64,000 nt of DNA from Vermamoeba vermiformis (taxonomy: Eukaryota), in NCBI GenBank assembly GCA_045837725.1, contig JBEWZL010000008.1, forward strand, positions 1 to 64,000. Reading direction: 5' to 3'. The notes beneath the pieces were generated by a model, which did no database searches, was not told the origin of the DNA, and was given only the letters and a program-made list of their open reading frames with translations. Shown piece after piece: positions 50,515-63,163 of the stretch. Position 1 is the stretch's first letter. Each line of letters begins with the position of its first letter. Made by a program: the position numbers and the translations under genes.

Positions 50515-52762
50515 CTAATAGCCGTAGTTAGAGGGCATGGCCGCACCATAGCTCTGAGGTGCACTAGCGTAGCCATTCGACGCGCCATTATAACCACCGT
50601 AGCCACCGGTGCGAGGAGGACCATAGCTGCCACTCTGGCCACCGTAGCCTCCGCCATAGCCGCCACGACCGCCGTAACCACCACGACCGCCATAGCCTCC
50701 GCGACCACCTCGACCTCCGCGGCCTCCTCCTTGACGGCCACCAAAGCGTTGTGGAACCATGCGCGGCAAGAAAGCGGGCACTTCTTGCTTGGCCTCTTGC
50801 AATTGTTCCATCAACTCCTTGGCGAGACCCTTGTCCTTCTCGCTGAAGTAGACGGTAGCGAGACCAGTCTTGCCTGCACGACCAGTACGACCAATGCGGT
50901 GCACGTGATCGTCAATGTTGCTTGGCAAGTCGTATTCAATCACGTGAGCGACGTCGTTGATATCGAGACCACGAGCAGCAACAGAGGTAGCGATGAGAAT
51001 GGGCACTCTTCCGCTCTTGAAGTTGCGCAGAGCAGCCTCGCGCTGATGTTGCACGTGATCGCCGTGAATGGACTCGGCAGCAAAACCATTGCGACGCAAG
51101 AAGTAGCAGACATCATCGACACCCTTCTTGGTCTCGACGAAGATGAGGGTCTTCTCTTGTTTGTACTGAGCGCGGGCCTTGAGGTCCTGCAACAAGGTGT
51201 CGTTCTTGTCGCGGTACTCAACGTGTTTGACGACTTGTTTGATGTCAGCATTGCTGCTGCCCAATCGACCGACTTGAATCATAATGTAGTCGTGCTTCAA
51301 GAAGTCCATAGCCAACTTTTGAATAGGCTTGGGGAATGTAGCGCTGAACATGATAGTTTGACGGTGTTCTTTGCGAGGGCAATCGCGTTGATCGATGATT
51401 TGACGGATCTGAGGCTCAAAACCCATGTCGAGCATGCGATCTGCTTCGTCGAGAATGACGTACTTGCAGCAAGACAGACTAAGCTTTTTGCGCTCCATCA
51501 TGTCGTTCAAACGACCAGGAGTGGCAATAATAATGTCCACACCGCGCTCAATGCTGCGTGCTTGATCACCATAAGGAGCACCGCCGTAGATGACAACGGG
51601 CTTGACACGAGTGCTCTCGGTAAACTTGAGAGCTTCTTGGTGAATTTGCGAGGCCAACTCACGAGTAGGGGCCATGATGACTGCGAGAGGGAAGCCGCAG
51701 TAGTAACGACCACGACCCGTGTCAGGACGTTGCGTGCGTGTAATGTCCACGAGCAGATTGGTGATGATGGGCAACAAGAAGCCTGCTGTTTTACCACTGC
51801 CTGTTTGTGCGGTGGCCATGACGTCTCTGCCAGACATCAAAATAGGCAGGGCATACTTTTGAATAGGAGTGGGGGCAGTGTATTTAGCTTTCTAAATTGA
51901 GGAACTAGATCAGAAATTGGACGAGAAAATGATAAGCATGTTCGAACTTACCGTAACATTGTTCTGCAAGACGACCGGCATCGCTGCATCGTCAAATCGT
52001 TGAATGGGAACACCGCGGGGAATATCAGTACCTGAATAAGAACCAGTTAGTTAACAAAAAAACGAGATTCGAGATTAGCAGATCGGCTTACCCATGACCT
52101 CAACTGTCACATTGGCGAAGACTTCAGCGGGGTTAGGTGCAGCAGCTTCTTCTCCATCGCGTGATGGACTGTAAGGGATAGCAGCCTCAACTGACTTGGG
52201 AACCTGGAGAGAGTTTACGGTTAGGGATTTTGTCTGAAAATTAATTAATTGATTTCAAATTTAAAACTATGCATATTATACAATAGTCTCCCTCAAAGCT
52301 TATCGAAATTTAAGCTTGCATAATTTTTCTCAAGGATTTAACTTCAGGCCGCAAGTCCAGATCAGCTTACTCATAATAATGACTACAGTCAAAATATCGT
52401 CTGCCAACGACTCAACAACAAGTCAACATGCGACCCGCCGGCAAGAGAGTAAGAAACTGATCCTTTGGAAGAGACACAGCGCTAAATCCTTTCTTTGAGG
52501 GAGATGATGAGATCGAAAATGTTCTAACCGATTCGCCTGAGTTGATCTTTTGTCGCTTATTAGCATGCTCTGAGTATGAAGCACGTTCGGTACTTCTGCT
52601 TCTGCTTCTCTTTCTGTCGCGACGAGGACTGCGCGATCTGGATCGCGAATCGCTCTTTCTTCTTCGGTGATGGTCTCGCGATCTGGATCTCGATCTTGAT
52701 CTTGATTTAGAACGCGAACGAGATCTGCTCTTAGAGCGGCTTCTTCTTGAACTGCGAGGCAT
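50515..52762 (-). CDS. DEAD-box RNA helicase (DDX3/Ded1-like) with N-terminal RS domain and C-terminal RGG tail
   Basis: Q motif, AQTGSGKT, PTRELA, DEAD, SAT, ARGLD and HRIGRTGR. An upstream RS-rich exon (52529-52762) splices in frame via 52091-52203. Confidence 0.9.
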
Positions 52763-53156
52763 TAGGAGATTTGTGAGATCAGATTAGGATAAACTGGATG
52801 TTGGAAGTAGAACAGGCCTAAATGTTTGTTTAACAATGTCGACTTATCCCCGCAGGTAACTGATGAGATGTTGTAAACAAAGGAAACAAACAAGAATACT
52901 AAAAAGCACCGAAAAGTTTTGAAAAACCGTTTTTCGGCAGTGCCTCCCTTCTGACTAGGGAGGAAATTCGTGTGAATTGTCACGTGCTGGTGGATCAGCT
53001 GGTTAGAAAAAAGCCTTGAAGCAACGATATCGCAGTATATAAACTTTACATTCCTCTGAATCTGAAGACTGGTCTTCGATCCAGTACTGTACAAGGGTCA
53101 TTGTAACGTTGTTAATTGCGGCTGTTATTAATGCGTGACTCAACAGCTCTGGGACA

Positions 53157-53711
53157 TTAATAGAGCGCGAGTACGAGAGCAGCAAGTGCAGCGAGTGAGA
53201 CAGAGAGCACAGAGGCTTCAGAGCTCTCGCAGAACTGCGTCAGGCCCATCGTGCGGGAGGTGTCAGCACGACACGTGGTCTGTGAGGGACAGCCGAAGCA
53301 AGCTATATCAGGATCGACTGTCGTCCAGTCATCAGTACTGCGCACATTGCAGCCACAGCACGAGTAGCCTTCGCTCAGACAATAAGTCATGCAGATCTCG
53401 CGGCTTTGAGAGGTGTTCTGATACATAGCCGTGACTGTAGCACCACATGTGATGCCGCTAGAGCCGACGCACGTGCATGCTGCGTGGATCTGAATTGCGA
53501 AATAATTATTTTATTGTCAAAGAAAAAATCTGTCGTTTGATATCATGATAAATTAAATTTACCTTTTATATGGATAATAGTAATATTTAGGCGAATAATT
53601 TGGCATTACGCGCGTGATAATAATTTAGTAAAAACGGAAATGGCGGAGGTTATTTACCTGCGTAACTAAACAAAATGCAAACACGAGAGAAGCAAATATG
53701 GATAATTTCAT
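53157..53711 (-). CDS. Small Cys-rich secreted, probably GPI-anchored protein
   Basis: Signal peptide MKLSIFASLVFAFCLVTQ, about 12 Cys, hydrophobic C-terminus after SSEAS. Confidence 0.7.
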
Positions 53712-53847
53712 ATTGATATTTACAATAAATACGGTCGGCGTTTGTTGTTGTTGTTGTGCAAATAAATAATTTAACCATTCGCTCCTGTCACACCGAACAA
53801 CACCGGTCAATAATTAGGCAAATTATTATTTCCATACTAAAACTGCT

Positions 53848-55274
53848 ATGATCCATTGGGGTGCATTCTTTACTGTGACGTACTTCTCCTTCTTGCTCGT
53901 GGTCATCTACACGTTGATCTGTGGTGAGAGTGATTTTCATCGCAATGGTATCATAGGTAATTTATTAATTATTAAACTAGACCAACAGTTTATTATTAAA
54001 CAAGAAGCAACGGTTTCTTGAATTTTGAAAATATTTTTTAACTCCAACTCAGGCTGGTTCCACCGCTTTTTGACTTATGAGTGCTGGGTACACATAAGGT
54101 ACGTACATATATCAACGGCTTAAATGCACTATTCCTCCGCAGTGCTGATCCGTTTTTCCGCAACAGACGCAGCTCTCAGCGCATGTTTGGCAGGGGTTGT
54201 TTCGGCTACGTGGACAATGCACAGAACTATTGCTGCAATCGGCGCAATCCATTCTTGCAGGTATAGTCAACTCGACGAGTTAATCAGATCTGACCTTAGT
54301 GACAGCTGCTCTATCTGTTCTTCGTGTTCGGAGGCTGGGCACTGTTCTACTTGACTGGATTCGACTACATTCCCGGACCATTTATCGCCGCACATCACAA
54401 GCTGCTGCTCAGCATTGCGTGTTGCTACACAGGCTTCCACTTCATGTGGGCGTGTTCGTTGGATCCAGGTGTGATCACTGCGAGCAATCAGCACGAGTAT
54501 GTAGCACGCTACAAGTACGACGACATACTCTACTCGAAGAAGATGTGCGACACGTGCAAGATTGTCAAGTAAGTTAAGGCTCGTCCACAGCCACTCGTAC
54601 TCACTGCGCTAGGCCCGCACGTTCCAAGCACTGTCGCATCTGCAACAAATGTGTGGCACGCTTCGATCATCACTGCGCGTGGATGAACACTGATGTCGGA
54701 CAGAACAATCTCAAGCACTTCCTCTTGTTCTTGCTCAACACGAGTGCACTGACTGGTACGCGACACACCTTGCGAATATAGCACACCTACTAACATGTTC
54801 GCACTAGGCTATGCTGCGTGGATGTGCTGGCAGATAGTGCGCGGCATCGTGGCCGTGAACAAACTCACCGAGATGACGTACAAGGACGCGCAAGGGGTCT
54901 CTCAGCCACTCTCCTGGCCCCACATCATCTCCTTTGTCATGTACCACTTGACACCCACTGTCGGTCTCGGCATCTTCTGCGCAATTGTCTGCGTCATGTT
55001 GTTCGGATTCTGGGCCTATCACATGTACCTGATCTACAACAACTGCACGACCAACGAGAGCTTCAAGTGGAAGGATATTCGTTGGGGCATTGAACAGGCG
55101 CGCAAGCAGCGTGCGAAGATGATTGAGGACGAGAAGCGAGGTGTGCCCGTAGACAAGAAGAACGGACCTGATCCCAAGGTACTGGATGCAGCTTTGAAGC
55201 TCTCGAAGGCGGATCTTAGCAATAGATACGACCACGGGTTCATCAACAACTTGAAGGAAGTAATTTTCGCGTAA
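53848..55274 (+). CDS. DHHC palmitoyltransferase (ZDHHC4/Swf1-like)
   Basis: [37 protein letters not shown] and [11 protein letters not shown] motifs. Confidence 0.92.
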
Positions 55275-55527
55275 AGTTATTTGTTTGTGACATAAATTTG
55301 AATGTACAGGTGGGAGTGACCCACATCTGACTTTGAAATCGAAATTTAAGCTTACATCAATGCAATCATACAAACACACAACGCTAAGTTTATATAATTA
55401 CGAAACTACTGTACAAACAGAGAAAACATCTTTACAAAAATACAAATTACCGCAGCTAGCTAGCTTCAGTCCGATCAGGTGCAAAAAAAGAGTTGCAGAG
55501 ACAGTGAGATTAGACTGCTTGCTATCT

Positions 55528-56369
55528 TTACAACAACAAGCAACGACCACCAGTGCGCTTCTTCTTCTCAGTGCTCTTGCGACCCTTCACGACAGTGCGC
55601 GTCTGACGAATGATGCGCACGAGCTCGAAGAATGCCAATTCGACATTCTGACGCGTGAATGCAGAGCACTCCAGGAACTTGACTTCGAGCTTGTTGGCGT
55701 AGGCCTCACCCTCTTCAGTGGGGACTTGACGCAGACCTACGAGATCGCACTTGTTGCCGACCAACACGATGGGTACCTTCTTGACCTGTTCAGTCTCCTT
55801 AACCCACTGAATGGTGTCAACGAATGACTCTAATTCTTGGAAGCTGTTGCGATCAGTGACGGAGTACACCAACAAGAAGCCTTCGCCGAACTTCATGTAT
55901 TGTTCTCGCATGGCGCTCTTAAGTATGAGATTTAGTACTGAGAATTATCAATGATTAGTAGTATTTGACTTACATAGTCTTCTTGGCCAGCAGTATCGAG
56001 TATGTCTGCAAGGAACAAAAACGGATTAGAAAATTGAAACAAAGAAAACTATCTGCGGTAACTTACCAAGTACTGCGACTTCGCCATCGATGACTACTTG
56101 ACGTCTATAATTATCTTCAATGGTTGGGTCATATTCTAATTAAATTTTCAGTCAGAAATTGGGTTTGAATCAGATTATTGAAATGCGAGCCTAATGCTCC
56201 AAACGTACCAGCAATAAAATGGTTCATCACCATTTGAACCTAATAAATAAATAATGTTAATTATTGAGTCATTACTTGTGTACAAGCGGTTAGCCTAACG
56301 TACGGTTAAAGCGGATTTGCCGACACCTCCAGCCCCGAGAACAGCAATTTTATATTCAATGCCTGACAT
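55528..56369 (-). CDS. Ras-family GTPase
   Basis: [30 protein letters not shown] and ECSA motifs; CaaX CLLL. Confidence 0.95.
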
Positions 56370-56708
56370 ATTACGTTGTTTATTCTTTCGTGCTTATGTG
56401 CATTAGTTTTTGACTGAAAAGCGTGTAAATTATTTGTACTGTTTTTGTACCGTTCTAAAAAAATCCACCAATCGTGTGCGTTTTATTAAAAAGTTGACTT
56501 CCGGGTTTAGGCCTACTTACTCCGCCATACCTATGAAAAAAAGGCACGGGCTTTATCCTTTTATTATTGAGGAGAACTTTTAGCGTTTTCGGGGTTGTTC
56601 GAATGCAATCGAAATAGTTCTTTTTCAAATTATTCTTGCAAAGAACTGACCAAGCATTCTTTGCCTAAACTTTTGTAAATAGTGTAAATTATTCATATAA
56701 CAATCGAA

Positions 56709-58221
56709 ATGGCTTCAAATGTACAGCAAGGGAGCAATCCCGCTTCAAATCCAATGACACTCAGCAATGACGTTCTTCACCTAGCAATAGCAAATAAATT
56801 AATTCGTTATTTATTAACAAAAGGTAATTAGGTTTAAACACCCGTGGCATTGGGTAACTTGAATTCAGAAATTTAGTTTGAAATGTAAAATAAAATATTA
56901 TTATTTACTAGGCCAGCACACGGAAGGATTATTTTTAACTCCCGCAAATGAAGGCGAGGTGAATCAAATGCGAAGAAAAATTAAACAAGGTAGAGTAATT
57001 AATCGAATGATGCACAAGTTGTAACCCTTTGTTGTAGACCGCGAGGCGATTGATATCAGTGCGCACACTAAAAATCCCCACGTCATTGCCGAGTTGTTGA
57101 TAGAAGTGTTGTCGACGTGGGTGTCGCAGCCCCTGCTCACGTACGCACTCTACGACAGCTTCATATTGACCGCCGACTTCACGCGGCTGAACGATCGATT
57201 GACCGCGCAGAGTCAGCTCTGTGACACCTTGCCCTCGTACTTCAAAGCGACTGTCAAACAGTGTCTCGCACTCCTGTTGAAAGTCACTGAGAATGCGCCC
57301 TTGACACGTGTCACTCTCGACAAACTAGCGCCAATCTTTGCACCAATTTTATTACGACCCAAAAAAGTCGAGCCTTATATGGCAGAACAAGATGAGCAGA
57401 AAGTCAAGCGGCTATTTTTAGAAGTGGTAGGCTATCATGAAGTCATTATTCCGCAACAAGTGCCAGGTGAAACTGCGCCGCGCAGTCCGCTGTTGGAGAA
57501 CGAAGAGCAGATCCAATACGAATCTCCGCGCGTGATTGACATGGGGGCACTGAACACCATTCGGCGCTACAAATCAGCAGCCAAGCAGTACTTTGAGTTC
57601 ATCGTCAAGCCCAATCCCTCGTGGCACGAACTCTCTGACAGTCCTGCAGTCGCGCGTGAGGACGACAAGACGAATGAACAACAAAAATCTCGCGTGCCGG
57701 AGATTTCCATCAAACGTCCGACAGTGCCCGAGAGCGAGTCAAATGTCACCAACGAAGCACCGCGCTTGGACGAGTCACTGCTCGAAGAAGACAAGCTGTT
57801 GAATGCCTCGCAGGACGTTGAAGTGTCACGTGATGCGGAACAACGCGCGCCAGTGACAGCAGTGAATGACGACAGCAACGACGAGATCTTCGTGCAAGAT
57901 GAAGAGGTGATAGTCAGTGAAGAGAAGCCAGTGGAACATCACGCGCACGCCGAGCTGATTGCAGACAGCATTGACCGCATCACCAAGTTTGTGTCTGAAG
58001 AGCAGCACAAGGAGAAACAACACGCCCTCAACAGTCTCAGCGGCTCTGAAGTCGAAGAGAATACTGAGAATACTAATGACAATAGCACTACGGATGCTGA
58101 TCCAAATATGGCGAGCAACAATAACAATGATGTTAATAAGAACAATGAAGCTAGTGTCCCGTCGACTGAGAGTGCTCATGACGCAACAGTCACGGATGAG
58201 AACAACAATAATGCGATGTGA
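56709..58221 (+). CDS. RhoGAP-like domain protein with acidic low-complexity C-terminus
   Basis: TEGLF, NPHVIAELL, QPLLTYALYDSF and LAPIFAPILLRP segments follow the RhoGAP pattern. Confidence 0.7.
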
Positions 58222-58305
58222 AGATAAACAAAGTGTTTAATACCATCGTATAGAACAGCGTTAGTGTATAGAGCGTGTTAGTGGTACCGAGTACAAGTAC
58301 GGCAC

Positions 58306-61300
58306 TTATTTCTTCTTTTTGAGCTGTTTCTCCAAAGCCTTCTGTTCCTTGGCGAGAGCTTTGGCTTTGTGCTTCTCTTCTTTGTCGAGTTTCTTCTGCG
58401 CCTTCTCCTGATCGGTGTTCACTTTCTCGAGGGCCCAGCGCACTGACGGCAACAACAGCGTGGAGACACTGGCGTCTTCTTTCTTGTGCTTCTTGATCAG
58501 CGCCTCAGCCTGCTCTGTGGCCTGTTTGTCGTCGTGCTTGTTGCTGCCACTGAACACGAGGGACTTGATCTCTTTTTTGAACTGTTTCGCCATCTTGTCC
58601 GTCAGACTCGCTTGCGAGGCAATGCGTGCAGCACAATAGGCGAGCACTACCTTGACTGCGGGGGACTTGAACTCGTCGCGGTGTTGCGCCACGTGTTTGA
58701 GCAGCGCTTTCAAGTGCGGGAATGAGCGCTCTTCGTGGCGGTAATCGGACTTCAAGTCGCGGTACATGGACAGCAGCACAAAGTCTTCAAAGGTGACGGG
58801 GCCCTGATCGATCGACCACTTCTCTGACAGTGCGAGGCCCGTGGGTCCTTCAATCAGACTCAGTCGGTGACTCAGCGGCAGTGCTGCGGTGATTGACAGC
58901 AATATTTGCACCACACCTGTGTCACGTGCAAAGTTCTTGAGTGACAGCAGATTGGTGCCGCTGACATTGTGCCCTGGTCGAGCGTACTGATAGCCCGGCA
59001 CACTGATCAGCTTCACCGTGCGGCGAATGGGCGATCGCTTCACCGTCATGGTGCCGTAGTGCCACTTCATCGCCTTGCCGCGCTCTATTTTTAGATCGAT
59101 TTTGCCGAGTTCCAGGAAGAATTCCGGTTCTTTGCTTTGCATCTTTTTGAGCAATTCTTTTGCTTTGCTCATCGCGTCTTTCTCGTCAGCTTTGCCGACA
59201 GCCAGTCCCGCAAATTCGTACTTGTCGGGCAGCGGAATTTCAGGACAGACGCGCAGCATGCTGGCACGGACGAGTTCAGTCTCGGGACCAATCACCACCG
59301 CGCCCCAGTCCTCGTCGTGACTCACCACCTCGCTCTCCGTCGCGAAGGGGTACGTCTTGAAGTGATGCAGCACGTCGTCAAAGGACAGCGAGTCGAGTAT
59401 TTCCGCACTCACTAGCGGAATAATTAAGCACCGTCGATGCGCTCTGTCGCGTGGGAAATGACTCCACGACTGCAGATGTTTTTCACGTGTCGCGCGATCA
59501 AATGAAATTCCGTTGTAATAGTCCACTGTGCGAGTGTCAGTTTGACACGTGCCAAAGAAGAGCTCTCAACTCACCGTCCCACAGAGCAGCGTTCAGTGCC
59601 ACGCCATCGAGAATTCTTTTCCAAGTGAGCCACTCCTCGCGCGACATGTGATGCCCAGTGAAAAGAATTGCATTCGTGACTGCGTTCTGAAAGTCTTCCC
59701 ACTTGGGTGATATCCTAATTTGGGCATTGGCTGTCTCGATGACTTGACCGCGCAGCTTGAGGTCCACCCTCCACGTGACTCGATCGAAGAACTGCACCGC
59801 GTGATCGTTCAGTGAATTCATCTTGACGCGCACTTCGATGCAACATCAGTGGTGGCCAAGGACAGCAAGATATATCCATATTTGGGCATACCTTTGAATT
59901 CGCGCGTTTCATCGGGCTTCAAATTCTCCACCGCGAGCTCCCACGTGATTGGATCCTGCACCTGCGCGCCAGCACGTGACGAGGCAATCTTGACCATATT
60001 TGGTGGCATGCGCGGGTCCGTGGTGAACTTCACCGAGCACGTGGTCGAGGGATCGGCACCGTAGACACGTGAACTGATGTTTTTGACGCGCACTGACACC
60101 TCACCTTCATCACCTGCGGCGAGTTGACGCGGACCTACGAATGACAGGTGTCAGTCTGCTTCAGTGAAAATAACACGTGTCACGCACAATTGACAGCAGT
60201 GATTTGCAGGGGCCAACAGACCTGCGCACTCATCGCGACACTGGCGTGCTGATATTGCCGACCCAAGAACTGCGTGCTGACTGCCCAGCTAAATTAGGAA
60301 ATCAGTCAGTGGTGTCAGATCACGTGACAGCACTTACACAGCACGTGACGAGTATGCACCAGGGCCACTCACGGGCGGGGCAGCATTCACTTGCAGTCCG
60401 TAGGTCTGGGGCAGCACGTACTCCGCACCTAATTAGGCAAGTCAGACGAGTGCAGCTATAAATAGATCACGTCCAATCACGCACCAGGCTTCAGTTCAGG
60501 CAACACAGCCACGTGATCTTGCGTCAGGGCCAGGCCACTCAGCGGTGCCAGGCGCAGCACAGTGCCAGCAGGCGCGGTGATACCTCCGACATTGCGCACC
60601 GTGATGGCATTCTAAATTAGGAAATGAGTGCCGCGCAGTGCCGGACCAATCACGTACAATCTTCAAGGTCTCACCGGGCTCAATGACAGCATCCGCGTAG
60701 TAGTCGTGCAGGGACAGCGCGGTGAGCGACAAATTGGGCCCGAGGATCGATCGCTCTCGCGGTGCAGTGGTCTAAATATAGAATGAGCACGTGCCTTGTC
60801 GATAGTGTGCAGCCATAATAGGCAAGTGCCACGTACCACAGGATCGATGGTGATGAATTCGCGTCCGCCATCACGACCACGTGGCCCAGCCTGACCGGCG
60901 AGTGAATTCACCTAACGGAACAATCAGTGACCAAATATGGTAATGGCAATCAGCTGCGTACCCCTGATGGCGCACCCGTGCGACCAGCTGGCCCTGGTTG
61001 ACCTGTGCGACGAGTGTTAGATCACGTGACAGGCACTGTATACCGCACTGTACCTCCTGCGACATCGACTTTGACAAGTGTCAACAGTGCCGCGTCACTC
61101 GCAGTCAACTTGATGTAGCCTCCGATGCCCCCTGCACCTCCGCTGTGACACGTGTCAGCACACTGCGGCTATTTATAGACCCTACATTTATAGCTGCACT
61201 TACTAGCCTGCAAGGGGCGTTAGTCAGTCATCAATAGCCACAAATAGCACTACTTGCCTGCACTCCCACCGTAGCCACCAGCATGTCCACCAGGGCCTCC

Positions 61301-61871
61301 ATCTCCACCAGGGCCCCCCTGTCCACCACGCGCAGTGATGAGGACGAAGTGTTCTTTCAGATCTGACGCGGGCAGTTGAAACTCGCGCGATTCGTTGCGT
61401 GCACTGGCAGGACGTGAGTGGCTAGATAAATCGGTGCAAATACTTACAGATCATCGATGATCAGCGTCGAGTAGTCGCCAGGGACTTTGCTGCGCAGATG
61501 CAGATGCACCACAGCACCGTTGCGACCTTAAGCATTAACAACAGACATTTCAAATTATAATTAACTCACCAGGTTGACCGTGCTGACCGTTCTCGCCATT
61601 CTCACCAGGATGAGCTTGCGAGCCATTCGCACCTCCACGACCACTGTAAGCCAAGTCAATAATTACTCAGTAACGGATTTTGGAATTCAAAATCGCTTGG
61701 TGCTGCTTACTCGCGACCTGCCTCGCCATTCTTGCCCGAGTAGTCTACCGTGCCGACATATTGAGCCTCGCGCATGAACCAGCCATCGATATTCACCACC
61801 GCTGGTCGCTCGTAGAGGAGCGTCGTTTGTGGATGTGTCGTGAGCACTCGATAGTACGTTGAGAAGTCCAT
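58306..61871 (-). CDS. Large hypothetical protein with Gly-rich (collagen-like GxxG) N-terminal region
   Basis: Many short exons with SGKNGE..GRGGGANG..GENGENGQHG and ARGGQGGPGGDGGPGGHAGGYG, then the long terminal ORF 58306-59526. Exon structure is only partly resolved. Confidence 0.55.
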
Positions 61872-62164
61872 AAAGTACTCGTATATAGACCGTTGTGGTG
61901 CACTGAAAGGTCGCTTAGTATCAAACTGGATACAAAATCAACCGCTGCTGACATGATGACACTTGCACGGTGAATTTGTCGCGTAGGTGTCTCGTCTAAT
62001 GCGCGTGTGGTGAAAGAGGATCGGTGCGATGGATGGATGGTGGTAGTATTCACAACTTCGCTGATTATAAAATCGTTATTTTGAGGGCCTATTTTCGACC
62101 TGTTCTACTCGCGCGTTCAAAAAAATGTTTTAAATACAGATCTGCCCCACGAGAACAGCACTGA

Positions 62165-63058
62165 ATGAGCGCACAGAACTCGCTGGTATTTAAATATGTG
62201 ATTGTAGGACCTACTGGTGTGGGCAAGTCCTCGCTCATGCTTCAATTCACTGGTACGTGGTGCACTGGAGCCAATACGAGAATACAGCAACCAATTAATT
62301 GCTATTAATTGTACCATATATTAAGACGTCCATATTTCCCAGAGTGCAATACTTGCAGCACATATTGAATTAATTGGTATTAATTGAAAGATTCTATTAG
62401 AGCACGTCTTCCAGCCCTCGCACGAATTGACCATTGGCGTTGAATTCGGATCATTCTTTACGAGCATCAGTGGCAGAGATGTACGGCATTCAGTCCGCTA
62501 GGTGTGGATCGAGAATCTGACATTTCCATTGCAGGTCAAACTTCAAATCTGGGACACAGCAGGTCAAGAATCATTCAGGTACCACTGCGCCAGTATATCC
62601 CCGCTATTATTACTCACCTTGCACGCAGATCCATCACGCGCAGCTACTACCACGGAGCACACGGCGTGCTGCTAGTGTACGACATTACACGGCGCGAGAC
62701 CTTTCAGTACATGAGCTCGTGGCTCGAGGAGTGTCGCCAACAAGCGGATGGTGCGCTGACCGTGGTGCTGATCGGCAACAAGCGCGACTGCGAGGACGAG
62801 CGACAGGTCAGCGAGGAGGAGGGCCAGCTGTTTGCGCGCGAGCACGGCCTGTTGTTCATGGAGGCCAGTGCCAAGACCGCGCTCAATGTCGAGGCTGCAT
62901 TCTTGCAGTCCGCGCAGCAGATCTACGACAAGTGGCAGCGCGGTGAGGTGGTGCTGTCAGATCCGGGCAACAAGATCAAGCTCGGCACGCAGCAGGGCAC
63001 GAGTGGCACCAACAACAACACGAATGGTGCGCCGAGTGAGCGCAAGTGTCAGTGTTGA
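62165..63058 (+). CDS. Rab2-like GTPase
   Basis: FKYVIVGPTGVGKS, HELTIGVEFG, WDTAGQESFRSITRSYY, GNKRD and EASAKT motifs; ends CQC. Confidence 0.92.
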
Positions 63059-63163
63059 GCACCGCGATGTACAGTGTATAACTCGTTAATAGCAGTAAAG
63101 TGTACAAAAGATTTTATCAATTTTATTTTACATGGAAGAGTACTCTACCAGGGCCACGGACGG

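Noticed and set aside
50731-51900. 389-aa plus-strand ORF
   Set aside because: Antisense shadow of the codon-biased DEAD-box helicase.
52360-52432. Possible C/D snoRNA in the helicase intron (ATGTTGA...CTGA on -)
   Set aside because: Imperfect C box, and no convincing terminal stem or rRNA-complementary guide recognised.
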